A stretch of 64,000 bases of DNA, from positions 448,001-512,000 of the forward strand of contig CBDBLV010000004.1 of the NCBI GenBank assembly GCA_965207225.1. The letters are read 5' to 3'. The translations under genes and the position numbers were made by a program. The notes beneath the pieces are model-generated. The model was not told where the DNA came from. It saw only the letters and a list, made by a program, of their open reading frames with translations, and did no database searches. This document shows positions 9,415 to 19,007 of this stretch, in pieces. Each line of letters begins with the position of its first letter. Within the stretch, counting starts at the first letter, position 1. This stretch comes from Dehalococcoidia bacterium. Lineage in GTDB: Bacteria > Chloroflexota > Dehalococcoidia > Plut-88900.

Positions 9415-10683
9415 TGTATAGACCGGGGAGAAGGGTAACAGTTGTTCGGGGAGATAGGTAACACATTTCCTACTTACTTAGATCTATGGTAGCAATGGGT
9501 TGTACGGAGAAGAAGACTTTCCACGTGCCGTCTTTGGACCCGGGTCTAAGGGCGACACACTTTCTTCGGAAGGCTTTCCCCACCTTAAAGGTTCTGCCCT
9601 TGAACCATATGCGGCCGTTGACGTCGACCTTGCGCACCTGGTCATTGGTGTCGTACTCGATGGCAGGCAGGACCTCGGGGAAGGGCCGGGGGCTGGGGGT
9701 GTATCGGCTGGAGGGGGTATTGAGGTCCAGGGCATGGTGAGGACGCTGGAGGTTGTAGAAGTCTCTCCAGGTGTCGAAGCTGCCCTGGCAGTGGTGCAGG
9801 TCTGTGTAGATGCTTCCCTGGAGCAGTTCGCTCTTGAGGGACTTGTGGAAGCGTTCAAGCTTGCCGAGAGTCTGGGGGTGGTGGGGTCTGCTGTGGATCA
9901 CCCTGACTCCCAGTTGCAGCAACCAGACGGTCAAGGGCGTGAAGGGATGGTAGAGGTCGTGGCCCCAGGGGGCGCCGTTGTCTACCAGCATAGTGACGGG
10001 CATGCCGTAACGGCGGAATACAGAGGTGAGGTGGCCACGGACCGTGGGAGTCTTCTCATCTGGGCAAGCCCTTACAGCCAGGGAGAACCTGGAGTGATCA
10101 TCGAGGATCGTCAGAGGGTGACATCTTCCACCACTGGACATGGGTATATGTCCCTTGAAGTCCATCTGCCAAAGGTCGTTGGGCCGGGGGTGCTCAAAGC
10201 GGCGGTAGGGCTTGTGCTTGAGGCTCTGGGCCGGCTCTATAAGTCCATGTCGACTGAGGATGGCTGTGACGGTGCTCTTGGCCGGTACACCGCCGTACCC
10301 TCTGTCCTTGAGCATCTTGGCCAGCACATGACCCCCCTTGGTGGGGAACTCCCTTCGAAGGTCTATTACCAGTTGCTCCATATCGGCGCTGGTGCGGTTC
10401 GGCGAGTGATGGGGACACTTGGAAAGGTCTTCCAGACTCCCCTTACCCCCTTCCAGGTATCGTCTCAGCCACTTGTAGCCGGTCTTACGGCTGATCCCGC
10501 TGCGCAGACACAGCTCACTCATGTTCACACCCTCGGACTGGGCCAGGACCACAAACTCTTCCCGTTGAGACATGACCGTTCCAACCTTCCATGGCATAGA
10601 AACCCTCCTCTTACAGAATCGCTATGCCTAATGGTGTAACCTATGTCTCCGAACATGTGTAACCTATGTCCCCGGTCTATACA
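9415..10683 (-). mobile_element. IS481-family insertion sequence, 1269 bp, copy 1
   Basis: Terminal IRs TGTATAGACCGGGGA / TCCCCGGTCTATACA, subterminal repeated GGT(A/T)ACA motifs, 5-bp TSD ATGGC (9410-9414, 10684-10688). Confidence 0.95.
9470..10597 (-). CDS. IS481 family DDE transposase
   Basis: N-terminal HTH (GISRKTGYKWLRRY), LWQMDFKG, DDHSRF, VDNG, HPQTLGKLERFH. Confidence 0.95.
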   Translation of the reverse strand: MPWKVGTVMSQREEFVVLAQSEGVNMSELCLRSGISRKTGYKWLRRYLEGGKGSLEDLSKCPHHSPNRTSADMEQLVIDLRREFPTKGGHVLAKMLKDRGYGGVPAKSTVTAILSRHGLIEPAQSLKHKPYRRFEHPRPNDLWQMDFKGHIPMSSGGRCHPLTILDDHSRFSLAVRACPDEKTPTVRGHLTSVFRRYGMPVTMLVDNGAPWGHDLYHPFTPLTVWLLQLGVRVIHSRPHHPQTLGKLERFHKSLKSELLQGSIYTDLHHCQGSFDTWRDFYNLQRPHHALDLNTPSSRYTPSPRPFPEVLPAIEYDTNDQVRKVDVNGRIWFKGRTFKVGKAFRRKCVALRPGSKDGTWKVFFSVQPIATIDLSK

Positions 10684-10773
10684 ATGGCCCTGAGGGAGAG
10701 GGGGATAAAGGGGGAGAGGGTTCCCCTCCGTCCCCTGCGACACGCGAAATCCCCAGAAATCCCTTTAGGCGTC

Positions 10774-10826
10774 GTTCAATCAAACCAGCTACGAGTTCAA
10801 TCAACGTTTAATCAAAGTTCAATCAA
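10774..10826. repeat. four direct repeats GTT(C/T)AATCAA
   Basis: Copies start at 10774, 10795, 10806 and 10817 (spacing 21, 11, 11). Confidence 0.7.
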
Positions 10827-10984
10827 AACCCCACCCCCACAATTGAACAAAAATCCGGTGTTCCATCATCCCATCGGACCGGGACCGCACCTTGTGCAAA
10901 CTTCCGCCTCCTCCGTAAAATCTCCCAAACCTAGTGAGGTGCAGGTCTCCGTCTATTGGCCCTGCACCCGAGTCGGAGGACGGA

Positions 10985-12199
10985 ATGGCTGGCCCCCTCA
11001 CCGGAATCAAGGTCGTCGAAGTCGCCAATTTCCTCGCGGTACCCTGCTGTGCCGCCCTGATGGCAGACATGGGCGCCGACGTCATAAAGGTCGAACCCCT
11101 CGGCGGCGACCCCTACAGGTGGCTGTCCTCCGACGGCACCTACGGATTCGATTTCCCAATCAACTACGCCTTCGAAATGGACAACCGGGGTAAGCGGTCT
11201 ATCTCCGTAGACCTCAACAAACCTCAGGCCTCCGAAATCGTACAGAGTTTGGCCGGGGAGGCCGATGTCTTCTTAACCAACCTTCTTCCCAGGCGCATGC
11301 AAAAGTTCGGCCTCACCTACGAACAGCTCTCCTCCGAAAACCCCCGGCTCATCTACCTCGCGCTGAGCGGATTTGGACCCAGGGGACCCATGAAGGACAA
11401 GCTCGGATTCGATCACACCACTTTCTGGGCCAGTTCCGGCCTGATGCACCTTTACAGCCAGCTCGCCCCCGAACCCATCGACATCCTGAACGGCATGGGC
11501 GACCACACCACCGCCCCCACTCTATTGGCTGGCGTTCTGGCGGCCATCCTTGAACGCCAGCGTACCGGCAAAGGCCGACTGGTCACCACATCCCTGATGA
11601 ACATGGGGCTGTGGGTTATCGGCGCCGACGTTCAGGAGGCCCTTGCCTCCAACAAGCCCCTTCTTCGCCGCTCACGCGTTGACGCAATAGACTCCCTCAT
11701 CAACACCTACTGCGCTTCCGACGGCAAGTGGTTCCTCATGGTCATGCCCGACAACGGGACCAACTGGGACAAGCTCTGCCGGGCCATCGGACACCCGGAA
11801 TTGATCGCCGACCCCCGGTTCGCCTCCATCGAGGACCGGAAGGCCAACGCCACCCAGGCCATCGCCACTCTCGACTCCATATTTGCTGAGAAGACTATGG
11901 AGGAATGGACACCGATCCTCGAAGCCAGCGATGTCATATTCGCACCCGTGAGATCAATGCTCGATGCCCTCGACGACCCCCAGGTGGAGCTCAACGATAT
12001 GCTCCGCACCCTCGATCATCCGGAGCATGGGCCCTACCAGGTGCTGAACACGCCCATTCACCTGGAAGATACGGACATCGGGCCCAAGTCCCCCTCCCCC
12101 GAACTCGGCCAGCACACGGAAGAGGTGCTGCTGGAGATGGGCTATTCCTGGGACGACATCACCAGTCTACAGGACTCGGGGGCCATTACGGGGGGGTAA
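10985..12199 (+). CDS. CoA transferase family III (CaiB/BaiF)
   Basis: GPLTGIKVVE, ADMGADVIKVEP, NRGKRSI, PELGQHTEEVL; GGAGG RBS before ATG 10985. Confidence 0.92.
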   Translation: MAGPLTGIKVVEVANFLAVPCCAALMADMGADVIKVEPLGGDPYRWLSSDGTYGFDFPINYAFEMDNRGKRSISVDLNKPQASEIVQSLAGEADVFLTNLLPRRMQKFGLTYEQLSSENPRLIYLALSGFGPRGPMKDKLGFDHTTFWASSGLMHLYSQLAPEPIDILNGMGDHTTAPTLLAGVLAAILERQRTGKGRLVTTSLMNMGLWVIGADVQEALASNKPLLRRSRVDAIDSLINTYCASDGKWFLMVMPDNGTNWDKLCRAIGHPELIADPRFASIEDRKANATQAIATLDSIFAEKTMEEWTPILEASDVIFAPVRSMLDALDDPQVELNDMLRTLDHPEHGPYQVLNTPIHLEDTDIGPKSPSPELGQHTEEVLLEMGYSWDDITSLQDSGAITGG

Positions 12200-12227
12200 G
12201 AGGTCAATGCACAACGAGAAGCAATCT

Positions 12228-12563
12228 TCAATCGATGACTAGAGTGTCTATAGTGGTGTCAAAAGCTTTCGCAAGTCGAGCGAGGGCACTGAGCGAACCT
12301 CTCTTACGTCCCCTTTCTATCTCCGACAAATAGCTGGCGGAAATGCCCGTTTCTTCGGCCAGGTCACGTAACGATACTCCACGGTGCGCCCGAAATGCGG
12401 CAACCGGATTATCCCCCCGGATAATGGCTACGGCGATTTGGTGGGGGATTCGGCTGCCATCATCTGCATCCCTGGCGGCCAGAATATCTTCAAGGTCGGT
12501 ATTCCGGCTGACTAAAGATTCGTACTCAGACCGACTCAGGACAATGGTATCCTCACTAATCAT
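12228..12563 (-). CDS. XRE-HTH antitoxin (HigA-like)
   Basis: C-terminal HTH (LRDLAEETGISASYLSEIERG); overlaps the upstream RelE gene. Confidence 0.8.
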   Translation of the reverse strand: MISEDTIVLSRSEYESLVSRNTDLEDILAARDADDGSRIPHQIAVAIIRGDNPVAAFRAHRGVSLRDLAEETGISASYLSEIERGRKRGSLSALARLAKAFDTTIDTLVID

Positions 12564-12861
12564 ACGCTTCTCTCCTGTGTCGAACTCGCATCACCAGCAT
12601 GACAGATGACTTTTCTCGTTTAATGTCAAATATGACCCGTTTATTGCCTACTCGCAACCGTTTGAATTCGCTGCCCACCAACGTGATCACCTGATTTGCG
12701 AGTGATTCGGGATCGGTGGCATATTGCTCGACCTTCGATATTACTTGATTCCGATCCCTTGCCGTGAGGCGCCGCATATCTTTGATTGCCCGAGTGCTCC
12801 ACTCGATCTCAAGTCCCTGCTTCACACTTTTGATGTTCGCATTTCGCGAACATAGTGTCAA
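12556..12861 (-). CDS. RelE/ParE-family toxin
   Basis: IEWSTRAIKDM...RLRVGNKRVIF...VRHRREAY. The exact start is uncertain. Confidence 0.82.
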   Translation of the reverse strand: MTLCSRNANIKSVKQGLEIEWSTRAIKDMRRLTARDRNQVISKVEQYATDPESLANQVITLVGSEFKRLRVGNKRVIFDIKREKSSVMLVMRVRHRREAYD

Positions 12862-12876
12862 ACGTCATGAGCTACC

Positions 12877-14370
12877 TTATCCAGAATTCTCTCCCCTCCC
12901 CACCCGACCCTGCACCACTGATATGGTAAATGCGAATCCCGTCATTGCCAGCGAGACAAGGAAACTCATAGACAACCCCGAGACAAACGCTTCCTTGACC
13001 CCCTCGCCCGAGGTCTCCGTAACTGCGGACAGGCTCGGCTCATACCCCGCAGAGGCCATAAACACCGCCACCACCGTCGTCGAGATAGCAATGCCAGTTA
13101 CGTTGCCCGTGGTCCGGGTCAGGTTCAGCAGCGCAGCGATAATCCCGTAGTTCCTGCCCGACTGTGTGCTCAAAATATCGCTGGTGTTAGGCGCATAGAA
13201 CGTCCCCATCCCCGCCCCCGATAGCGCAAGGGCTATCACCGCGTGCAACGGCGACGAGTTTACATCCAGCGTTGAAAACGTATACATCGCCGAGGCTGCC
13301 ATGACCAGCCCTGCCAGCATCAGCCATCTTGCACCCAGCCTCTCCGAAAGCACACCGCTCACGGCCCCCCAGACCGCCATGGACAACGAGGCGGACGCCG
13401 TGATCAGCCCCGCAATATGCGGGTCGTAGCCCAGCACCTGTATCAGGTAGAAGGGCATGAGTATCACGCGGGGAGAGCTGGATAGGAATAACAGGAACCT
13501 TGCCGCTACTCCCAGGGAGAAATAGCGGCTGGCGAAATATCGGAGGTCGATCATCGGGTGGGAACTGCGCAGCTCCCACCACACGAAGAATATGAACAGG
13601 CCCCCGGCAATCGCCAGACCGCCAGCTACCGGCCCCGACCCCCAACCGAGACTGTGAGAGTTCGAAAGGGCCAGGAGCAGGACCACCAGCGTTCCGGATG
13701 ACGCTCCCGCCCCGACCCAGTCGAAGCGGCCGCGGGACTCGCCGGAGGGGACATGGCTAGGCCAGCCCCTCAGCGCCCATACCGCCGCTATGATGGCGGC
13801 AAGGCCCAGGGGCACGCTGGCGTAGAACAGCCACCTCCAGCCGAACTCGTTGACCAGCAGTCCACCCAGGAAGGGTCCTCCCGTGGCCCCCACCCCAACC
13901 ATGGTAGTGTAGAGCCCGATGGCTCTGCCGCGTTCTCTTTTGGGGAAGGCCTCGGTCATTATGGCCATGGCGTTGGCCTGCACCCCCGCCGAGAACACCC
14001 CCTGCACCACCTTCGCCCCAAGTAACACCCAGTAGGTCGGGGACAGGCCCGCCACCACGGCCATACCTATAAACCCCACGAAGCCCAGGGTATATACCCT
14101 GTGTCGTCCCACCATGTCGGCCAGCCTGCCCAGCGGCATGAAGGCCACGCTGGTGCTGAGAACATATCCCAGCGTCACCCATTGGACCACCGGGATATTC
14201 ACGTCGAAATCTTCGGCGATCTCGGGGAGGGCAATGGCTACGCCGGTCTGCTCGGCTACCGACAGGAACATCCCTATGGCAATGGCAACAAAGGCCTGCC
14301 ATTTCCTGAACCCAACATCCGCGGACGCCGCCCCCTGCCCCGGTTGCTCGCTTGCCATGCCCACCATCAT
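12877..14370 (-). CDS. MFS transporter, DHA2-like (14 TM)
   Basis: Motif A GRLADMVGRHR, GPFLGGLL...GWRWLFY. Confidence 0.9.
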   Translation of the reverse strand: MMVGMASEQPGQGAASADVGFRKWQAFVAIAIGMFLSVAEQTGVAIALPEIAEDFDVNIPVVQWVTLGYVLSTSVAFMPLGRLADMVGRHRVYTLGFVGFIGMAVVAGLSPTYWVLLGAKVVQGVFSAGVQANAMAIMTEAFPKRERGRAIGLYTTMVGVGATGGPFLGGLLVNEFGWRWLFYASVPLGLAAIIAAVWALRGWPSHVPSGESRGRFDWVGAGASSGTLVVLLLALSNSHSLGWGSGPVAGGLAIAGGLFIFFVWWELRSSHPMIDLRYFASRYFSLGVAARFLLFLSSSPRVILMPFYLIQVLGYDPHIAGLITASASLSMAVWGAVSGVLSERLGARWLMLAGLVMAASAMYTFSTLDVNSSPLHAVIALALSGAGMGTFYAPNTSDILSTQSGRNYGIIAALLNLTRTTGNVTGIAISTTVVAVFMASAGYEPSLSAVTETSGEGVKEAFVSGLSMSFLVSLAMTGFAFTISVVQGRVGRGENSG

Positions 14371-14454
14371 ACCCCACCCCCCTCAACCCTCATCGACCCG
14401 GCATGGCTTCTGTGATATCGTCCCTCCTACATCTGTCAGGATTGGGGACAAAGC

Positions 14455-15408
14455 ATGCAGTACAGGCTCCTTGGAAATACGGGGGTCAAGGTTTCAGTGG
14501 TCGGGCTCGGGGCCAACAATTTTGGGGATCCCAATGACGAGGCAAGCTCGCATCGAGTGATGGACCAAGCCTTGGACCTGGGTGTGAACTTCATCGACAC
14601 GGCCAACTTCTACAATATGGGCAAGTCCGAGGAGATTATCGGCAAGTGGCTGAAGGGCCGAAGGGACCGGGTTGTCCTGGCCACCAAGTTCGAAATGGAC
14701 ATGGACGAGGGCCCCAACAGCGGGGGCGCCTCCCGTTATCACATGTTCAACGCCGTTGAGGACAGCCTCAGACGTCTCCAGACCGACCACATTGACCTTT
14801 ACCAGGTCCACTGGCACGACCCCAACACCCCCATCGAAGAGACGTTGCGGGGCCTGGACGACCTGGTGAAGCAGGGAAAGGTCCGCTACTTCGGGACTTC
14901 AAACTTCTCGGCTATGCTGCTCTCCGAGACCCTTTGGACTTCCAGGTTTCATAACCTCAACAGGTCGGTCTCCGAGCAATGCTATTACAACCTGCTCCAC
15001 AGGAGAGTAGAGCTTGAAGTTGTGCCCTACTGCGCAGCCAATGGGTTGAGCGTAATCCCGTACTTCCCGTTGGAGTCTGGGCTACTGACGGGCAAATACA
15101 GCCGCAACGCACCGATTCCCGAGGGCACCCGCATGGCCTCGGGTGAGTTCTACCGCCGCTCTTTGACCGACGAGAATTTCGACAAAGTGGACAAGCTGTC
15201 AGCCTTTGCTGGGGAAAGAGGCCATACAGTGGGCGAATTGGCTATCGCCTGGCTTCTGGCCAACCCGGCTGTCTGCAGCGTAATATCCGGGGCCACGAGA
15301 CCCGAGCAGGTCGTCAAGAACGTCAAGGCCGCAGACTGGGTGCTTACACCTGAAGATTTGAAGGCAGTGGACGAGATCGTTCCCCCGCCCCAACCCCCCG
15401 AGCGTTAG
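14455..15408 (+). CDS. aldo/keto reductase
   Basis: FIDTANFY, LATKF, SLRRLQTDHIDLYQVH, GKVRYFGTSN. Confidence 0.93.
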   Translation: MQYRLLGNTGVKVSVVGLGANNFGDPNDEASSHRVMDQALDLGVNFIDTANFYNMGKSEEIIGKWLKGRRDRVVLATKFEMDMDEGPNSGGASRYHMFNAVEDSLRRLQTDHIDLYQVHWHDPNTPIEETLRGLDDLVKQGKVRYFGTSNFSAMLLSETLWTSRFHNLNRSVSEQCYYNLLHRRVELEVVPYCAANGLSVIPYFPLESGLLTGKYSRNAPIPEGTRMASGEFYRRSLTDENFDKVDKLSAFAGERGHTVGELAIAWLLANPAVCSVISGATRPEQVVKNVKAADWVLTPEDLKAVDEIVPPPQPPER

Positions 15409-15545
15409 GCCCCCTGCTTGGGCAGAGCCTTCTCCTTGGCCCGCCTCCCGAGCTCCTGCACCAGCCTCTTCAACCCCCTCCCTGATACCCGCATCTTCCG
15501 CCGGTTACGCCGCCTCTCTTCCCGTCTTTCCTGCTTCGTGTCCAT
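15405..15545 (-). CDS. small highly basic protein (46 aa)
   Basis: MDTKQERREERRRNRRKMRVSGRGLKRLVQELGRRAKEKALPKQGA. A GGGGTGA RBS overlaps the upstream LLM stop codon. Confidence 0.5.
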   Translation of the reverse strand: MDTKQERREERRRNRRKMRVSGRGLKRLVQELGRRAKEKALPKQGA

Positions 15546-15549
15546 ACCA

Positions 15550-16611
15550 TCACCCCGCCGGGGTAAGGGTTTCCGTTTTTGGTGCATCCTGGAATTTCGG
15601 CATAACGTACCTGGCAAACAACTCCATCGAACGGAGCACTTTGTCGTGGGGCATGTCCCCCAGCCAGAAATCGCAGTTCAGGTGATCGAGTTGCAGCTTT
15701 TCTTGAAGACGGATCAGTTTTTCAGAGACCGTGTCCGGCGTGCCGAACAGGAAATGCCGGGCCACCAGCTCCTGGATCGACGGCTCATTCTCGATGGGTA
15801 CGTCCGTGACCCGACCCTTCTCCACCTGCTCCCGCCCCAGCCGCAGGCTAAGTGAGACCCGCATGTTCCACAGACCATGCTCCGCCATCTTCTCCGCCTC
15901 GTCCTCCGACTCCGTCACGTAGATCTTCTGCTGAATCCCGAACTGCAATTGTCCCCCTCGCCCATGACGGAGAACCGCATCTTCGAATTGCTCCCGACGC
16001 TCCTCTATCCTGCCGATGGGAAAAGCCGCCCCTCCCGTCACTACGTTGAAGCCCCGGCGCACCGCTCCATCGATGGACTCGGGGCTTTGGCCGACTACCC
16101 AGATCGGGGGGTGGGGTTTTTGGTAGGGCTTGGGTAGGACGGTAGTCTCCGGGAAGCTGAAATGTTCGCCCTGGAAGCTGAAAGAGTCTTCGGTGAAGGC
16201 CCTGGTGACGATCTCTATGGCCTCTTCCCAGCGGGCCCGGCTGTCCTTCAGGTCGAGCCCCAGCCTTTGGAATTCGTACTGCTGGTACCCCCGCCCGAGA
16301 CCGAGGTCAAACCTGCCTTCGCTCAGCAGGTCTATGGTTGCCGCTTCCTCCGCCACCATCAGCGGATTGTGTAATGGCAGCACCACTACCGCAGTACCAA
16401 TGCGTATGCGGCTGGTCCTGGCCGCGAGATGGGTGGCCATGATGAGGGGGCAGGAGAGGTAGCCGTAGTTGGAGAAATGGTGCTCGGCAAGCCAGATACC
16501 GTCGTAGCCTAGGGCTTCTGCAGCCTGCGCTACCTCCAGACCGCGGGCATAAATCTCCGCGTGGGGCAATGCCCGAGGTGAGGGCATCAGGAGAAAGGCG
16601 CCGAAATTCAA
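15550..16611 (-). CDS. LLM class flavin-dependent oxidoreductase
   Basis: WLAEHHF, HNPLMVAEEAATIDLLSEGR, GLGRGY, PKPYQKPHPP. Likely TTG start at 16611. Confidence 0.9.
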   Translation of the reverse strand: MNFGAFLLMPSPRALPHAEIYARGLEVAQAAEALGYDGIWLAEHHFSNYGYLSCPLIMATHLAARTSRIRIGTAVVVLPLHNPLMVAEEAATIDLLSEGRFDLGLGRGYQQYEFQRLGLDLKDSRARWEEAIEIVTRAFTEDSFSFQGEHFSFPETTVLPKPYQKPHPPIWVVGQSPESIDGAVRRGFNVVTGGAAFPIGRIEERREQFEDAVLRHGRGGQLQFGIQQKIYVTESEDEAEKMAEHGLWNMRVSLSLRLGREQVEKGRVTDVPIENEPSIQELVARHFLFGTPDTVSEKLIRLQEKLQLDHLNCDFWLGDMPHDKVLRSMELFARYVMPKFQDAPKTETLTPAG

Positions 16612-16615
16612 GTCG

Positions 16616-17724
16616 CTATCCCCCGTTTCCGCCAAACCCGTACAAAGACGCCGCATTCCCGTACACGATCTTCCTCTTATCCTCCTCCGACAAACCTGCG
16701 AAAGTCTTCTCTATCACTTCCTGGGAGTGAGGGAAGGTACCTTCGTCGTGGGGGTAGTCGCTGCCCCACAGCAGAGCCTCGGGGCCGATGAAGTCCAGCA
16801 TCCGAAGCGCTGCCAGGTCGTCGCTGAAAGTCGTGTGGCCCTGGCGCTTGAAATACTCGCTGGGCTTCATGTCCAGCTTGGGCTCTATCCACATGTGCTT
16901 GCGTTCGTACTGGTCGTCCATCGTGTAGAGGACCCACGGCAGCCACCCTGCCCACACTCCACGATGACCGTATGCAGGCTCGGGTGACGGTCCAAAACCC
17001 CCGAGCTAACGAAGACCGTGGCCGGGACTATGCCCTCGGCCATGGCCGTCACCATGTAGGTCAGGAATCCACCCTCCTTTTCCTCCCCCATACCCTCGGG
17101 TGAATGGTCTTCGCTGCCCGTGACGAAATGCAGATTAATGGGGAGGCCGGTCTCTTCCAGGACATTCCAAAGGGGTTCGTAAATCGGGAGGCTGTATGGC
17201 TGGTATTTCAGGTGTATGGGAGCGCTAATTAGCTTGTACCCCAAGCCCGCTACACGTCTTACCTCTTCCACCGCCGTATCGACATCTATCACCGGGACTA
17301 TCGACGCCGGAGCAAACCTGTCCGGGTGTTCGCCGAACAGCTCGATCGCCCAGTCATTGTAGGCCCGGGCCACGCCTATCTGGAACTCCGGGTCAGGGGA
17401 AGCGAACAGCGTGAGCAGCGAATTCGGGTACAGCACTTCCTCGGCAATCCCGTCCCGGTCCTGGTCCTTGAGCCTATAAGGGATGTCAGTACCTCCCGAC
17501 GGGTCCGACCTGAACTCCCTGTTCAAATCGTCTTCGCCAATGTTCGCCTCCGCGAGGTCGAACCGTCTCTTGTTCCTTCCTTCGGCAATGAAGTATTGGG
17601 CGCCGTCTTCCTCTTCCACAATACGAGGCAGCCGCGCCCGGAACTCCTCCGGGACCCGGGTCTCGAACAGCTCGGGGGACTCCTGTACGTGAGAGTCAGC
17701 CGATATCGCTTTTAGTCCTGCCAT
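16616..17724 (-). pseudogene. amidohydrolase_2 family, frameshifted near 16951
   Basis: ORFs 16885-17724 and 16616-16957 join into a full paralog of 17754-18863. One G is missing from the GGGG run at E-C-G-A-G-W. Confidence 0.8.
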
Positions 17725-17753
17725 TGTCTGTTCCTCCGTTTTCCCACTGGAAT

Positions 17754-18863
17754 TTACGCGCCATTCCCTCCGATACCGTACAGCGAGGCCGCATTCCCAT
17801 ACACTATCTTTTTCTTGTCCTCTTCCGAGACGTCCACGAATGTCCTGTCGATCACTTCCTGTGAATGGGGGAACGTGCCCTCGTCGTGGGGGTAGTCGCT
17901 GCCCCAGAGCAGGGCCTCGGGCCCGATAAAGTCCAGCATCCGAAGTGCCGCAAGGTCGTCGCTGAAGGTCGTATGGCCCTGCCGTTTGAAGTATTCGCTG
18001 GGTTTCATGTCCAGCTTGGGCTCAATCCACATGTGCTTCCGATCGTACTGGTCGTCCATAGTGTAGAGCACCCAGGGCAGCCACCCCGCCCCACACTCCA
18101 CGATGACGGTGTGCAGACTAGGGTGACGGGCGAACACACCCGAGCTTACGAACACGGTGGCCGGGACTATACCCTCCGCCATTGCGGTGACCATGTACGT
18201 GAGGAAACCGCCGTACTGCTCTTCGCCGGCATCTTCCGGCAGGTGGTCCTCGCTGCCCGAGATGAAGTGGAGACTTATCGGGAGGCCCGTTTCCTCCAGA
18301 GCATCCCATAGCGGCTCGTACACGGGCAGACTATAGGGCTGGTGCTTCAGGTGGATCGGGGCGCTTATCAGCTTGTACCCGAGTCCCGCAACGCGCTTTA
18401 CCTCCCCGACCGCCGCTTCCACGTCGACCACGGGCACGAGCCCCGCGGGCGCAAACCTGTCCGGATGGCTTCCGAACAGCTCTATCGCCCAGTCGTTATA
18501 GGCTTTTGCTACCCCCATCTGGTATTTCGGATCAGGCGAAGCATACAAAGCCAACAGCGAGTTCGGGTACAACACCTCCGCCACAACACCGTCCCGGTCC
18601 TGGTCCTTCAGCCTGTACGGGATGTCCCTTCCCCCCGACGGGTCTTGCCTGAACTCCCTTTCCAGGTCGTCCTCGTTAATGTTCTCTGCCGCAATGTCGA
18701 AGCGCCTCTTTTTCCTTCCCTCCACCACCCTGTATACCGCTCCGTCTTCCCCTTCCTCCGTGTGCGGCAGTCTCGCCCTGAACTCCTCCGGGACCCGACT
18801 CTCGAACAGTTCCGGCGCTTCCTGCACGTGTGAGTCCGCAGATATCGCTTTGATTCCGGCCAT
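17754..18863 (-). CDS. amidohydrolase_2 family protein
   Basis: ISADSH, ECGAGW, WGSDYPHDEGTFP. Confidence 0.92.
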   Translation of the reverse strand: MAGIKAISADSHVQEAPELFESRVPEEFRARLPHTEEGEDGAVYRVVEGRKKRRFDIAAENINEDDLEREFRQDPSGGRDIPYRLKDQDRDGVVAEVLYPNSLLALYASPDPKYQMGVAKAYNDWAIELFGSHPDRFAPAGLVPVVDVEAAVGEVKRVAGLGYKLISAPIHLKHQPYSLPVYEPLWDALEETGLPISLHFISGSEDHLPEDAGEEQYGGFLTYMVTAMAEGIVPATVFVSSGVFARHPSLHTVIVECGAGWLPWVLYTMDDQYDRKHMWIEPKLDMKPSEYFKRQGHTTFSDDLAALRMLDFIGPEALLWGSDYPHDEGTFPHSQEVIDRTFVDVSEEDKKKIVYGNAASLYGIGGNGA

Positions 18864-19007
18864 CGTTTTTCTCCTCCGTAGCTAAGCGACCCCTCGCAAA
18901 GGGCTTCTACCCCCGACGTCTACGCCCTGATTATATGGCCTAACTTCATCGTATACACTACCCCACGTATTCGGGGGCCGAGGTTACTATCGACGAGGAG
19001 GCAATTC

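Larger units (their letters stand above)
9334..10725 (+). repeat. composite palindromic repeat, copy 2, interrupted by IS481
   Basis: TAGAGGGAGCAGTTGGCGC-AGGC-GCGCCAACTGCTCCCTCTG, then CCCCTCTCCCTCA|IS|TGAGGGAGAGGGG...GAGGGTTCCC. Confidence 0.85.

Noticed and set aside
9500-10639. 379-aa + strand ORF in IS481 (also 55597-56736)
   Set aside because: Antisense shadow of the transposase with no recognisable motifs.
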